Below, piece by piece: positions 18,721 to 28,600 of a DNA stretch of 64,000 nt. The stretch comes from Nitrospirota bacterium (GTDB taxonomy: Bacteria; Nitrospinota_A; UBA7883): contig JAJRZK010000049.1 of NCBI GenBank assembly GCA_024275315.1, forward strand, positions 74,577 through 138,576, given 5' to 3'. A program made the translations under genes and the position numbers. Numbering within the stretch: position 1 is the first letter of the stretch; each line of letters begins with the position of its first letter. The notes beneath the pieces were generated by a model. The model did not search any database, was not told the origin of the DNA, and saw nothing but the letters and a program-made list of their open reading frames with translations.

Positions 18721-19638
18721 ATGGCAGTATATGTTTTGTCACGCGTAAAGGTGAGCGGTACGAACTCGCGCCGTTCCAACGCCGCTTCAAGACCGTTTTC
18801 GCCGGTCACGGTTGCGTGCCTTGTTTTGGTAATGGCGTTATTATCCATCCCCTGCGGATCGTTTGCCACGCCCGGTTCTGTGGAGAACGGCGCCGCGCTT
18901 TACATGGTGCATTGCGTCCAGTGTCACGGGCCCGGGGGCAAAGGCGATGGAACAGCGGCCCAATACCTGCCAAGGCGGCCAAGGGATTTTACCGAAGGGT
19001 TGTACAAGATAAAAACAAGCCCGCCGACAACCATGCTCTCCAGGGACGAGGATATTTATTATTCGATAACGAAAGGCATGTCAATAGCCGGAATGCCGCC
19101 GTGGGAAAAAGTTCTCACTGACAAACAAAGGTGGGACCTGGTGGCGTATTTAAAATCCCTTTCGGATTTGTACGACGATGAGCCCAACCCGGAGCCGCTC
19201 GATTTGGGCGGGCGGATTCCACCTTCACCGGACAGTGTAAAACGGGGCAACCGGGCCTATTTCAAGCTGCTTTGCCATGAATGCCATGGTGAGACGGGAC
19301 AGGGACCATCCATTAAAAAGCTCAGGGATGATTACGGCGACAGGATTTGGCCCCGGGACCTGACCAGGACCGACACCTTCATCGGTCCTGCTACACCCGA
19401 TGCGATTTACACCCGCATAACCAACGGCATCCCGCTGACGCCGATGCCTGCACATGTAAAAAACCCGAATAACGATCAGCTCGAGGATCTTAGGTGGGAT
19501 ATAGCCAACTATATAGTCTGGCGGGCCGCTGAAGCGCAGAAACTGAGGAGGGAGAGGATGTTGAAAATCGTGGGCGCGTCCTTGGTTATCCTGGGCGCCG
19601 GCATGATATTCTTTCGGCGCCGTAACGCCAGGGCATAA
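18721..19638 (+). CDS. Diheme c-type cytochrome (class I, c4/CcoP-like) with signal peptide and C-terminal TM anchor
   Basis: 'CVQCHG' and 'CHECHG' heme-binding sites. Hydrophobic 'VACLVLVMALLSIP' near the N-terminus. C-terminal 'LKIVGASLVILGAGMIFF'. The start is uncertain; the track ORF reads through the repeat from 18292. Confidence 0.6.
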   Translation: MAVYVLSRVKVSGTNSRRSNAASRPFSPVTVACLVLVMALLSIPCGSFATPGSVENGAALYMVHCVQCHGPGGKGDGTAAQYLPRRPRDFTEGLYKIKTSPPTTMLSRDEDIYYSITKGMSIAGMPPWEKVLTDKQRWDLVAYLKSLSDLYDDEPNPEPLDLGGRIPPSPDSVKRGNRAYFKLLCHECHGETGQGPSIKKLRDDYGDRIWPRDLTRTDTFIGPATPDAIYTRITNGIPLTPMPAHVKNPNNDQLEDLRWDIANYIVWRAAEAQKLRRERMLKIVGASLVILGAGMIFFRRRNARA

Positions 19639-19783
19639 CGATTATGCTGATAACCTGTTTATAAACAGTGGATTTTTGGTTGTTCGGAAAATTTCGCCAT
19701 AACTTTTGTTGTAAACTCGGTTTCGTGATTGTAGAATATCAACGTAGACCAAGAGAAGTATTTCTGGTCTGTATCTTAGGAGT

Positions 19784-20377
19784 GTGGACTTGAAAGCGAC
19801 GACAATATTCTCGATGGGCCTGGTTGCGTTGCTCATCATCGTAGTAGCCGGCGTCATCATCCCCAACCCCGTAAAAGGGCTTATCCTCAGCGAAGCCAAG
19901 GCCAGCGGCTATGTTGAATATACACCCATGGAAGCCTATGACCTGGCCAAAACGATATGCACCCAGTGTCACAGCGTTGAAAGAATAAAGCTGTACTGTC
20001 CACGGTGCGGACCTCCGTTCGTGGCCGTCGTTCCCCATATGCAGACGTTTATAGACAACTTCAGAAAATCCAAACCGGACATGGAGTTTACGAATATCAC
20101 CCAGCCCCAGGCCGTGGCCATCGTACAGGTATGGAACGCGCTGGTGGGCAATTGGGAGACCGACTTCCGGGAGCAGGACATTCTCAAGCTGATCGGCCAA
20201 TATGACCTGCTGGCCGAGCTGTACAAAACACCGGTGGAACAGCGGCCGATCGAATATGCGTTGAGCATGCGCGATGACCTCAAGATAGGGCACATGTCCG
20301 GACAGTTGGACGCTCAGAAAGACCTCGGCAAAAAACCCGGCGACAACACCAAATCCACAACAGGTCCAAACCAATGA
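19784..20377 (+). CDS. Membrane-anchored monoheme cytochrome c-like protein
   Basis: N-terminal TM 'IFSMGLVALLIIVVAGVII'. A single 'CTQCH', plus a second Cys pair 'CPRCG'. AGGAG upstream; a TTG at 19790 is an alternative start. Confidence 0.55.
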   Translation: MDLKATTIFSMGLVALLIIVVAGVIIPNPVKGLILSEAKASGYVEYTPMEAYDLAKTICTQCHSVERIKLYCPRCGPPFVAVVPHMQTFIDNFRKSKPDMEFTNITQPQAVAIVQVWNALVGNWETDFREQDILKLIGQYDLLAELYKTPVEQRPIEYALSMRDDLKIGHMSGQLDAQKDLGKKPGDNTKSTTGPNQ

Positions 20378-20402
20378 TAATGAAACGGGCTGTCCTTATG
20401 AC

Positions 20403-21023
20403 ATGGTGAGGGAAATGGATCAGGCAGTATCCGGCAAGGCCGGCCCGCAGGAAGTCGAGGGGGCCGACGTCTCACGGCCCGGACGGCTCAACCATCTTGT
20501 CTATCTCGCCGCCGCCGGTATATTGCTTACGGCGATATTCAATCATTCCGTGGAATCCAGGAACGTGAAAACTCTCAAGGCGGGAGATTCCATGCCTTCT
20601 TTCTCGCTTGCGCTGACTGACGGGCGAAAGGTTTCTCAAGCCGATTTTACGGGAAGCCCCACCATATATTTTTTCTATGCGAACTGGTGTCCATGCTCCC
20701 ACCTGTCGGTCGACTGGATAAAAAAAGCGTTCGAGGACCACAAGGCCGAAGGGCTCAAGGTGTTGAGCGTCGGTGTGCAGGATTCTTCCGATAAGCTGAA
20801 GGATTTTGCGATGAAACACGAGCTCCCCTTTCCGGCGTGCGCGGTCGGGGGGGACGATGTGGCCGCCAGTGTCGGGGTGTCTATTACGCCCACCACCGTT
20901 TTTGTGGACAGCGAGGGTGTTATAAAATCGGTTTACGTTGGCAAGATAGAAAAATATGAACAGATCAGCGGGGGGTTGACCAGCATTTTGTCCGACGGCG
21001 TCGGCGCCTCTGGCTCGGCGTAG
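20403..21023 (+). CDS. TlpA/ResA-like periplasmic thiol:disulfide oxidoreductase with atypical 'WCPCS' (CXC) active site
   Basis: Thioredoxin-fold pattern 'IYFFYANWCPCS...VLSVGV...PFPA...D...V...V..TPTTVFVDSEGVI'. N-terminal TM anchor. Confidence 0.65.
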   Translation: MVREMDQAVSGKAGPQEVEGADVSRPGRLNHLVYLAAAGILLTAIFNHSVESRNVKTLKAGDSMPSFSLALTDGRKVSQADFTGSPTIYFFYANWCPCSHLSVDWIKKAFEDHKAEGLKVLSVGVQDSSDKLKDFAMKHELPFPACAVGGDDVAASVGVSITPTTVFVDSEGVIKSVYVGKIEKYEQISGGLTSILSDGVGASGSA

Positions 21024-21042
21024 TGTTCACGCACATGTAGTT

Positions 21043-21816
21043 ATGTCGATAATCGAAGCTTATTTCGGGGGGTTGGCGGCCTTTTTCTCCATCTGGATAT
21101 TCTGCATGATGCAGGTTATCCCTTTTCTGCTGGCGTACATGGTCGGGGCCACCCTCATAGGTTCCGCCTCCGGCAAAGAGCGGATAACCCTGTTTCTCAC
21201 GTCTGGCGCGCTGGTTTTCGTCGGATTCGCCGTTGTGTTCGTGGCCCTCGGCACACCCACCACCAGCCTTAGCAAATTCCTGTTCAGACACCAGGGGTTG
21301 CTCAACCAGTTCGGTGGAGTGATCGGCGGGATGGCCGGACTTTACCTTGCCGGTATCCTGACAATCGACCGGACGGCCGGCTCTTTTAAAGTCATCAGGC
21401 CGCTGGCGGAACTCCTGGTTGGCGCTGCCGTCGCGCTGGCGTATAAGCCCTGTGTGACACCCATTCTAACGAAAATATATAACCTGTCAGGCGTGGCCGA
21501 GACCGCCGGTTTCGGCGGATTGCTGATCCTGTTTTACACAATGGGGATGTTTACCGCCATCTACGCTCTGGCCGCTGTCATACTTTGGGCTGTATCGGCC
21601 AAACCTTCGGCCATGATACAGACAGGGATGATAAAAATATGCGGAGCCGCGCTTCTGGCGTTCGCTTTCCTCGTTCTGAGCGGTAGCATGACAAGCTACA
21701 AGAGCTTTCTTGTGGGAAGGTTCGTGCCGCAACAGCCGGGCCATGTACACAGCGACGGCTCCATGGGGGGAGCCGCTATGGATCATTCCGGTCACATGGA
21801 TATGGATACAAAATGA
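21043..21816 (+). CDS. ccdA: CcdA/DsbD-family cytochrome c biogenesis thiol-disulfide transporter with His/Met-rich C-terminal tail
   Basis: Six TM helices. Conserved Cys in TM1 ('IWIFCMMQVIPF') and TM4 ('YKPCVTPIL'). Tail 'HVHSDGSMGGAAMDHSGHMDMD'. Confidence 0.7.
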   Translation: MSIIEAYFGGLAAFFSIWIFCMMQVIPFLLAYMVGATLIGSASGKERITLFLTSGALVFVGFAVVFVALGTPTTSLSKFLFRHQGLLNQFGGVIGGMAGLYLAGILTIDRTAGSFKVIRPLAELLVGAAVALAYKPCVTPILTKIYNLSGVAETAGFGGLLILFYTMGMFTAIYALAAVILWAVSAKPSAMIQTGMIKICGAALLAFAFLVLSGSMTSYKSFLVGRFVPQQPGHVHSDGSMGGAAMDHSGHMDMDTK

Positions 21817-22715
21817 AAACCCGCACAAAACACAAAATCAGTCCACACCCGATTCTGGCGATCGCAATAGTTTTATGTTTCGCCGATATGTCCTATGGCG
21901 AAATGGACCATTCCAAGATGGGTCATTCCAAAATGGATCACTCGAAGATGGAGCGACCGGCGGACCTTGGCGGGATGAAGGAGAATATGCCGATGACGGG
22001 GGGAATAAAACCCCCAACAGGGGGAGTGAAGTCTCCGTCCGACGATGGCGGAAAGCTGGTGATAGGCCGCATGAAAGTCACCCTGATGCCGGAGTATGAC
22101 GCCCCTGCCATAATCGTCATCAAGGAAGGGAAGTTCGCCGACAGGACCGCGTTCCCCACGGAGGTCAATTTTACACTCCCCAAGGGGGTGACAAAGCTTA
22201 CCGATGTGTGCAGTCTCTCCCCCGGCGGGCATCATTTCTGCCAGCTGTTCGACATCAAGCAGGGGGATGACCGGAATTATCTGGATGTGAAGCTTCCCTT
22301 CTCCGATTTTTTCATAGACTATCAATACACCCCGTTCCAGGTAAAAGAGAATTCCATGCGGGAGTTCTCGTTCGACGTGGACACCTCCTATGACATAAAC
22401 ACGCTGGAAATCCATGTGCAACGGCCATTAAGGGCGGACAAGTTCACTATCACCCCGGCGCCGATGGAGACATATGAAAAAGACGGATTCAAATACCTGA
22501 AATACACGTATAGAAAAGTGAAATCAGGTGATTTGAGACAGGTGACGGTTTCGTATTTCAAAAAAGGCGCGGCTCCGTCTGTGGAGAAAAAGTTCTCTGC
22601 GATGAAATCGCCGGGAATGTTCGAGGGAAGCACAGGAGAGATACTGCTTGTGGTGGGAATGGTGGCGCTGGGCCTGGCTTTCTATGCCCGTCGCCGAAAA
22701 CGGGCCGGAAGATGA
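21813..22715 (+). CDS. Secreted, C-terminally TM-anchored protein with N-terminal (M/G)DHSKM x3 His/Met repeat (putative metal-binding)
   Basis: Signal peptide. 12-bp DNA repeat encoding 'MDHSKMGHSKMDHSKM'. C-terminal 'ILLVVGMVALGLAFYARRRKR'. ATGA start/stop overlap with ccdA. Confidence 0.55.
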   Translation: MKTRTKHKISPHPILAIAIVLCFADMSYGEMDHSKMGHSKMDHSKMERPADLGGMKENMPMTGGIKPPTGGVKSPSDDGGKLVIGRMKVTLMPEYDAPAIIVIKEGKFADRTAFPTEVNFTLPKGVTKLTDVCSLSPGGHHFCQLFDIKQGDDRNYLDVKLPFSDFFIDYQYTPFQVKENSMREFSFDVDTSYDINTLEIHVQRPLRADKFTITPAPMETYEKDGFKYLKYTYRKVKSGDLRQVTVSYFKKGAAPSVEKKFSAMKSPGMFEGSTGEILLVVGMVALGLAFYARRRKRAGR

Positions 22716-22721
22716 TGGTAT

Positions 22722-23165
22722 GTGCGTAAAATGAAAACGCTGGTGTTGGCAGTTTCGTTTCTGGGCGTTCTTGCGTTTATGAGCGGAAAATATATATTCA
22801 TGGTTTCCGCTCCGGACAACTCGGTCATGGGCGTATCCCATTCGCTGGCGTGTCCTTGTGAATGTCCCATGGTGCTGGAGGACTGCCACATGAGCTGTGG
22901 TCTCGAGTGGAAAGACCTGATAGGCGATAAACTTAAAGCGTCACTTACTAAAACAGATATAACAGCCTATTTTTATAAGCGTTATGGCAAGGAGGCGCTA
23001 CTTACACCCGCCCAGAGAATTTCGGGCAAATGGTATGAGATAACCCGTGGGGGATATCCGGCCAAGGACATGGTATTATTCGGCCTGATTGTGATAGTCT
23101 GGACAGCGCTGGTATATACCGGTTTGATGATGATAGTGGAGAAGTTCAAATCGCAAAAAGTATAG
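22722..23165 (+). CDS. CcmH/NrfF-like protein with unusual Cys-rich motif 'CPCECP...DCHMSC'
   Basis: Signal peptide. A Cys cluster, then 'ITAYFYKRYGKEALLTP' plus a C-terminal TM, as in CcmH ('...RYGdfVly.P' + TM). Confidence 0.5.
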   Translation: MRKMKTLVLAVSFLGVLAFMSGKYIFMVSAPDNSVMGVSHSLACPCECPMVLEDCHMSCGLEWKDLIGDKLKASLTKTDITAYFYKRYGKEALLTPAQRISGKWYEITRGGYPAKDMVLFGLIVIVWTALVYTGLMMIVEKFKSQKV

Positions 23166-23176
23166 CACGTCCGCTT

Positions 23177-23938
23177 GTGACCCTGGCCATATCTGTCATG
23201 GTGGCGTACCCTGTCGTGTCAAACGCCGGTAAGGTGGGCGCAAGGTTGCCTGTTCCAGCCGGAATCGTCATCATGGGCGCCGACGCCAGCCAGCTGAAGG
23301 GGCAGATTTCCGAACCCAGGGCGAAAGTGGAATGGTACATGGACGAAACCCCGCGGAAAAAGGTGGAGTTGCCCCCCTTTTTTATTGACGCCACGGAAGT
23401 GACCAACGCCGAGTATCAGAAAATCATCCCTGACCACAGCTATCCCGCCAACCTGGCGGACCATCCCGTGGTGAACGTCACATGGGACATGGCGGACGAA
23501 TATTGCCGGAAAGTGGGGGGCGCTCTTCCTACGGAGGCCCAGTGGGAGCGGGCCGCCAGGGGTGATGACGGGCGTATATACCCCTGGGGAGACCAGTTCG
23601 ATCCGGCCAACGTTGTGTATATGGATAGCGTGAAAGGTGGTTCAAAACAAAAGGTGGGATCGTTCGATCGTGAGCAGAGCGGCTCTTCACTTCTGGGCGG
23701 CACGAGCCCCGTGGCGTCTCGTGAGAACGGCAAGAGCCCTTTTGGAACCTATGACATGGCGGGCAACGTGTGGGAGTGGGTTGACGGTTATTATGACGAA
23801 AGCAAGGGACTGCGACTGTTAAAGGGCGGGTCCTGGCTCTCTCCGCAATCTTCCGTCCGGTCGTCCACCCGTCTGGGTGACGAGGGCGGAGGCAGGTTCA
23901 ACGATTACGGATTCCGATGCGCGTACGATCATAAATGA
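23177..23938 (+). CDS. Periplasmic formylglycine-generating-enzyme (FGE-sulfatase/SUMF1) family protein
   Basis: 'PVVNVTWDMADEYCRKVGGALPTEAQWERAARG', 'YPWGD', 'YDMAGNVWEWV', 'LKGGSW', 'GFRCA' are FGE-domain hallmarks. N-terminal signal-like region. Confidence 0.8.
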   Translation: MTLAISVMVAYPVVSNAGKVGARLPVPAGIVIMGADASQLKGQISEPRAKVEWYMDETPRKKVELPPFFIDATEVTNAEYQKIIPDHSYPANLADHPVVNVTWDMADEYCRKVGGALPTEAQWERAARGDDGRIYPWGDQFDPANVVYMDSVKGGSKQKVGSFDREQSGSSLLGGTSPVASRENGKSPFGTYDMAGNVWEWVDGYYDESKGLRLLKGGSWLSPQSSVRSSTRLGDEGGGRFNDYGFRCAYDHK

Positions 23939-24147
23939 TGCGAGTGATAAAAAAGATCGTAGGCGCCGTGGCGATCACGGCCCTCCTCCTTGTATTCACC
24001 GGGGTAGGGGGGTATTTCGTCCTCTACGACAACTATAATGATTTCAAGTCGGATATCGACACCGTCACAAGGCGAGCAAAGCTGGAGCTTTTCAACAGGG
24101 GGTACAATGTGAAAATAACCGCCGACGACGTCCGGTATATCTACTAG
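23935..24147 (+). CDS. Small single-pass membrane protein (hypothetical)
   Basis: 70 aa. TM 'IVGAVAITALLLVFTGVGGYFVL'. ATGA overlap with the upstream gene. Confidence 0.4.
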   Translation: MMRVIKKIVGAVAITALLLVFTGVGGYFVLYDNYNDFKSDIDTVTRRAKLELFNRGYNVKITADDVRYIY

Positions 24148-24183
24148 AAACGGTGTTATCGGCAGTGCCACGGAGAATCGGCC

Positions 24184-24804
24184 ATGATAACCGCTGTCCT
24201 GTCCCCCGCCGGCTGGTTCCAGGTGGTTGAGAGGATGAGGGTGAAAGAAGGGGTGAACATCTCAGGCGGGGAGGCGGACATTATCATCAAGTACCTGGAG
24301 GAAACCTACCCCACCACAAAATCCACATATTCCTTTGATGTCCGCAAAAAGGTCCACGAGGCTGTGTGGAGAAACGACATGGGGCAGGGGGACATCTACC
24401 TGGACGTGATCTACGCCACCCCGGAATACCTGTCCTCGATCGGAGCTGAATATCTGATAGACGAATATGATCTGGAAAACTATCATGTTTATATAATCAG
24501 CTTTACCGTGCACGAGGGAGAGCTGGACCTGTTCGACCTGGACAAGATCGTTTATATGCGCTCCGACCTGGGTAAAATAGCGACGACGCCGCCGTGGCGC
24601 CTGCGATTTCAGACTGCGGATAAACATCATTTCGAGGCGCTGGTGAAGTTCAGAAAAAAAGGGGACGACGCTATCGTTAAAAGCGGCATAAAATGGTTCG
24701 AGCTGGTGATACAGGGCATAGGGGGGCCGGATGACAGAGTGTACCGGTGGAACCTGCCGATAGTCTATCCCCCGGAAATAGAAAAAGTCAGCATGGCGAA
24801 TTGA
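24184..24804 (+). CDS. Hypothetical protein (no recognised domain)
   Basis: 206-aa ORF in an operon-like arrangement with its neighbours. Codon usage is consistent with them. Confidence 0.4.
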   Translation: MITAVLSPAGWFQVVERMRVKEGVNISGGEADIIIKYLEETYPTTKSTYSFDVRKKVHEAVWRNDMGQGDIYLDVIYATPEYLSSIGAEYLIDEYDLENYHVYIISFTVHEGELDLFDLDKIVYMRSDLGKIATTPPWRLRFQTADKHHFEALVKFRKKGDDAIVKSGIKWFELVIQGIGGPDDRVYRWNLPIVYPPEIEKVSMAN

Positions 24805-24808
24805 ACCG

Positions 24809-25324
24809 ATGAAATCAGCGCAAAAAATTTTCGTAGCCCTCGTTTTTGTGGCGGTCGCCCTGGCGTCGTGCACGGAGGAGAAGATGGAGTCCCCTCCCAG
24901 GCCGGCCCCTCAGCCGGTTCCGGAGTTTAACCTTGAACAGTTGACCGGTGGCAAGCTCGGCTCCAGGCAGTTGATCGGCAAACCGGTGATAATCAATTTC
25001 TGGGCGACATGGTGCCTGTCATGCCTGGAGGAAATGCCGGAGCTCGACCGGTTTTACCGTGCGAAAAGGGATTCCGGCGTGGAAATGATCATGATCAATG
25101 TTAAAGAGCCGAAAAAAGTGGTGAAAGAATTCATCGACACCAACGGGTACGCCTTTAAAACGCTGCTGGACGAAACAGGGGACGTGACGGACAGTTTCCA
25201 GGTTTTCGGCCTGCCGTCGACCTATTTCGTGGATAAAGCCGGAGTGATTCAATACAGGCATATGGGCTCTTTGACCAGGCAGATCATCTATCGCGGATTC
25301 GACATCATCACCGGCAAGGAATAA
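24809..25324 (+). CDS. TlpA-like thioredoxin-fold lipoprotein (thiol:disulfide interchange), canonical WCxxC
   Basis: Lipobox 'LASC'. 'VIINFWATWCLSCLEEMPEL', 'FGLPSTYFVDKAGVI'. Confidence 0.8.
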   Translation: MKSAQKIFVALVFVAVALASCTEEKMESPPRPAPQPVPEFNLEQLTGGKLGSRQLIGKPVIINFWATWCLSCLEEMPELDRFYRAKRDSGVEMIMINVKEPKKVVKEFIDTNGYAFKTLLDETGDVTDSFQVFGLPSTYFVDKAGVIQYRHMGSLTRQIIYRGFDIITGKE

Positions 25325-25475
25325 GCGGCCGGCGAGTTGTGGATGTTTGCCCCGGAACCTTCCCCATGATGCGTGCGCTTTTCAAAAAGTGGCGCGGGAA
25401 TGGGAACTCTTCAGAATCTCCCCTGGTTTCCCCCGGCGATCCGGGGGCGTGGGAAATTTCAAGTCGCTGAAAAAA

Positions 25476-25552
25476 TGGCGGGGTCGACGAGATTCGAACT
25501 CGCGACCTCCGGCGTGACAGGCCGGCGTTCTAACCAGCTGAACTACGACCCC
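25476..25552 (-). tRNA. tRNA-Asp (anticodon GUC), CCA encoded
   Basis: Reverse complement reads GGGGTCG-TA-GTTC-AGCTGGTTA-GAAC-G-CCGGC-CTGTCAC-GCCGG-AGGTC-GCGAG-TTCGAAT-CTCGT-CGACCCC-G-CCA, a cloverleaf with a GUC anticodon loop. Confidence 0.85.
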
Positions 25553-25704
25553 GCTTTAGGGAAGCAGTGATTTTAAAGCTGACCGGCGCCCATGTCAAAT
25601 ATTAAATTTGAACCGATGACAGTCGAGCTTTTTGGCGTGGCGCGCGGCGCGCGGTTACGCTTGCCATGGTTGCCTGGGACGCGGGTTTGGGCTATACATA
25701 ACCC

Positions 25705-27642
25705 ATGAGCCTGATTCAATGCGTAATAGGAACGGCGGGGCACATCGACCATGGCAAGACGAGCCTCGTAAAAGCCCTGACCGGAATCGATTGCGATCGT
25801 TTCGAAGAGGAGAAACGGCGCGGTATAACGATCGATATCGGATTCGCCAGGATGACTTTTCCCGGTGGCGGGACCGCGGGGATCGTGGATGTCCCCGGTC
25901 ATCAGCGTTTCATACACAACATGCTGGCAGGTGTCGCCGGGATAGACCTGGCGATGCTGGTGGTCGCCGCGGATGACGCGGTTATGCCCCAGACTGTAGA
26001 GCATCTTGCCATACTTGAGATTCTCGGTGTGAATCGCGGTATTGTGGTGCTGACCAAGACTGACCTGGTGGATGAAGAGACGCTAGAGCTTGCGGAGATG
26101 GAAGTGGGTGATCTTGTCGCCAATTCCCACCTGGCAGGTTCTGAAATAATAAAGTGCTCGAGTGTGACGGGGGAGGGGATCGACCGGCTGCGGGACGAGC
26201 TGGAGCGGCTCTGCTCCACGGTGGTGAACCGCAGGTCGGACCGGTTTTTCCGTATGCCCGTTGATCGTGTGTTCACCATCAAGGGGCATGGCCTGGTGGT
26301 GACGGGAACGGTGTCGAGCGGTGGAGTAAAGCCGGAGGACCGGTTGACGCTGGTCCCCGGCGGCAAGGTGGTCCGGGCTCGTCGGGTTCAAAGTCACGGG
26401 GCCAGCGTGGACCACGCCGGACCGGGTACCAGGACCGCGATAAACATAACCGGGGCGAGCAAGGGGGATATCGAGCGGGGAACGGTCATCGTTCACCACG
26501 CTATCGCTAAAACGTGTAAACAGTTCACCGCGGAAGTGGTGTGTCATTCCACTTCACCGTTAAAGATCGTCCACGGCATGTCGTATCTTTTGCATGTCCA
26601 TACCGCCGAAACCTTGTGCAGGGTCTACCTGGCCAGCCGGAAAAGCCTGGAACCGGGGAGCCGGTCCATCGCCCAGGTGCGGTTCGAGGGTTACGCGCAC
26701 ATTATCCATGGCGACAAGTTCGTCCTGCGCTCTTCTTCGGCGCGGCACACCGTCGGCGTAGGTGTTGTCGCAGAGCCAGGTGGAAAGCCGCTGGGACGCA
26801 GGCGCTTGAACGCGCTTATGGAAAAATGGAGCGCGCTCGCCGGAACTGAACTGGCGGATGGGGTCAGAGCCGTCACAAAAGAACGTCCCCTTGGGTATCC
26901 GGTTTCTTCGTTGATGGCGATGTTCAACATCATAGAGAGCAGGGTGGGGCAAATCATGAACCAGCTTTCCGGCGAAGTTTCATCATTCGAATGGAAGGGC
27001 GAAAAATACGCTTATATCACCGCGGCGGCGGACGATGTTATGGACGCTATCACGGGCGCAGTGAGAAATTTTCACAAAAAACATCCGGCTTTGCAGGGAA
27101 TAGAGGAATCGTCCCTGGCAAGCTCCGCGGCGCCTTCGCTCACGGCGGAACTGGCCGGATACTGGATACGCCGGGCGATATCGTCCAGGAGGATAGAGTG
27201 CGTCGGTTCCGCTCTGCGACTGCCAGGCCGGCAGGTGGAGTTTTCGGGGGGAAACGAGAAATTGCGCAGATCAATACTGGAAGCCTACAGGGCCGGAGGG
27301 CTGAAGTCCCCCCCAAAAACCGACAAGGTGGGGGGCATGCTGGGGATAAAAAAAAGCGAGGCCCAAAAGATGATCAGAATCCTCAACCAGACCGGAGACT
27401 TGGTCACCCTGGCTCCGGATTACACGTTGCATCGTGACACTCTTGACAGCGCGCAAAAAACGCTGGTGGAAGAGATTGAAAAGGCCGGGTTCGTGGAGAC
27501 CGCCAGGTATCGGGATTTGCTCGGAGTAGGGAGAAAGGCGGCCATAGACATTCTCGAGCATTTCGACAGGGCCGGGTTTACCATGAGAAAAAACAACAAA
27601 AGAGTTTTGGCGTCGGGCCATGATGGAGGGAAAGAAGCATGA
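25705..27642 (+). CDS. selB: Selenocysteine-specific translation elongation factor SelB
   Basis: G domain '[13 protein letters not shown]...DVPGHQRF...TKTDL'. The 645-aa length, with winged-helix C-terminal extensions, is typical of SelB. Confidence 0.88.
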   Translation: MSLIQCVIGTAGHIDHGKTSLVKALTGIDCDRFEEEKRRGITIDIGFARMTFPGGGTAGIVDVPGHQRFIHNMLAGVAGIDLAMLVVAADDAVMPQTVEHLAILEILGVNRGIVVLTKTDLVDEETLELAEMEVGDLVANSHLAGSEIIKCSSVTGEGIDRLRDELERLCSTVVNRRSDRFFRMPVDRVFTIKGHGLVVTGTVSSGGVKPEDRLTLVPGGKVVRARRVQSHGASVDHAGPGTRTAINITGASKGDIERGTVIVHHAIAKTCKQFTAEVVCHSTSPLKIVHGMSYLLHVHTAETLCRVYLASRKSLEPGSRSIAQVRFEGYAHIIHGDKFVLRSSSARHTVGVGVVAEPGGKPLGRRRLNALMEKWSALAGTELADGVRAVTKERPLGYPVSSLMAMFNIIESRVGQIMNQLSGEVSSFEWKGEKYAYITAAADDVMDAITGAVRNFHKKHPALQGIEESSLASSAAPSLTAELAGYWIRRAISSRRIECVGSALRLPGRQVEFSGGNEKLRRSILEAYRAGGLKSPPKTDKVGGMLGIKKSEAQKMIRILNQTGDLVTLAPDYTLHRDTLDSAQKTLVEEIEKAGFVETARYRDLLGVGRKAAIDILEHFDRAGFTMRKNNKRVLASGHDGGKEA

Positions 27643-28088
27643 CAAAATTGTACAGGGCGTTTGTTGTCCGCGAAAACTACAGGAACCGCGACTCGGTGGT
27701 GATAGACTGGTTTTGTTCCACGCGGCACGAGCACGTGGGGCACGAGCCCGTGGGGCTTTATGAAACCGCGCTGGAGGGGTATGGCGACCTTGACACGAAA
27801 GAGCAGGCGCAGGCTCGAAATCTGATCGACCAATTCCTGTCAGAAAAAGAGGTGGACGAGCTCAAGCTCTATTTTCGAAAACATTACGGTTTTGAAATCA
27901 AGACCAGGGAAATGGAAATTCCGTTTTCCGGCGTCGACAAAATACCCAATTTCGCCGCCCCGGCAAAACCTTCGGACGACTGCGAGTATATTCATCTGGA
28001 CCAGAGCGCTGGATACGACCTGAGCGTACCCATCTGCGGATTCGCAGACCTGTCGGAGCCTCCGAACATCGTTTCATACCGCTCTTGA
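27639..28088 (+). CDS. Hypothetical protein, start overlaps the selB stop (ATGA)
   Basis: 149-aa ORF translationally coupled to selB. No recognised motif. Confidence 0.45.
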   Translation: MTKLYRAFVVRENYRNRDSVVIDWFCSTRHEHVGHEPVGLYETALEGYGDLDTKEQAQARNLIDQFLSEKEVDELKLYFRKHYGFEIKTREMEIPFSGVDKIPNFAAPAKPSDDCEYIHLDQSAGYDLSVPICGFADLSEPPNIVSYRS

Positions 28089-28263
28089 CCGGGGATGCTG
28101 GCTGTCTAAACCGGATTGCCATGGGTTTTCGCTGAACCAGCCGTTTCAACTCTTTCAGGAACAACAATATCCTCTTTTCGCTCAACCTGGAGTGACATCT
28201 TGGCGCCTGCGTGCGTATCATCGCAATCAAAAATATTTATACCGTATTCAGGTCGAGGTGGAA

Positions 28264-28564
28264 AATGGAAAACAGTCACAAGTCGATGTCGCAATATAAA
28301 AGAGTGGACGCGTGGTACAAGACGGAAATCGCCATCATGAACAACCTGTCCACACCTCCGAACGAGTTCGCAAGATACGTTCCTGTGGAAGTTCGTGACG
28401 AGTTCGCCAGGTCGCTCGCTAGGGGGACGGCGATGAAGGTGACCCGCAGGCATCTTCTGCTCTGGGCCGCCATGGCTGAAATTAACGGAGTGGAGGAGTT
28501 CGACGCTCCTTTCGGCTGGAGCGAGGAGGATGTGCGGACCCATATTCTGCTGGAGCCGAGCTAG
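28264..28564 (+). CDS. Hypothetical small protein
   Basis: ATG is preceded by GAGGTGG. 100 aa. Confidence 0.4.
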
Positions 28565-28600
28565 TCATACCCCGCGGGAGATGGGGCGATGATCGTGCGT

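Noticed and set aside
18292-19121. Track ORFs translating through the 20-bp minisatellite (18292.., 18351-19121 +, 18371-18700 +, 18307-18711 -, 18153-18437 -), giving 20-aa periodic 'LATRVSPSRLGCRPRDSGVA' proteins
   Set aside because: All frames are open only because the GC-rich 20-mer lacks stop codons. There is no RBS or start context, and the periodicity simply mirrors the DNA repeat (3 units = 60 nt). These are treated as a non-coding array. The cytochrome is called from 18721.
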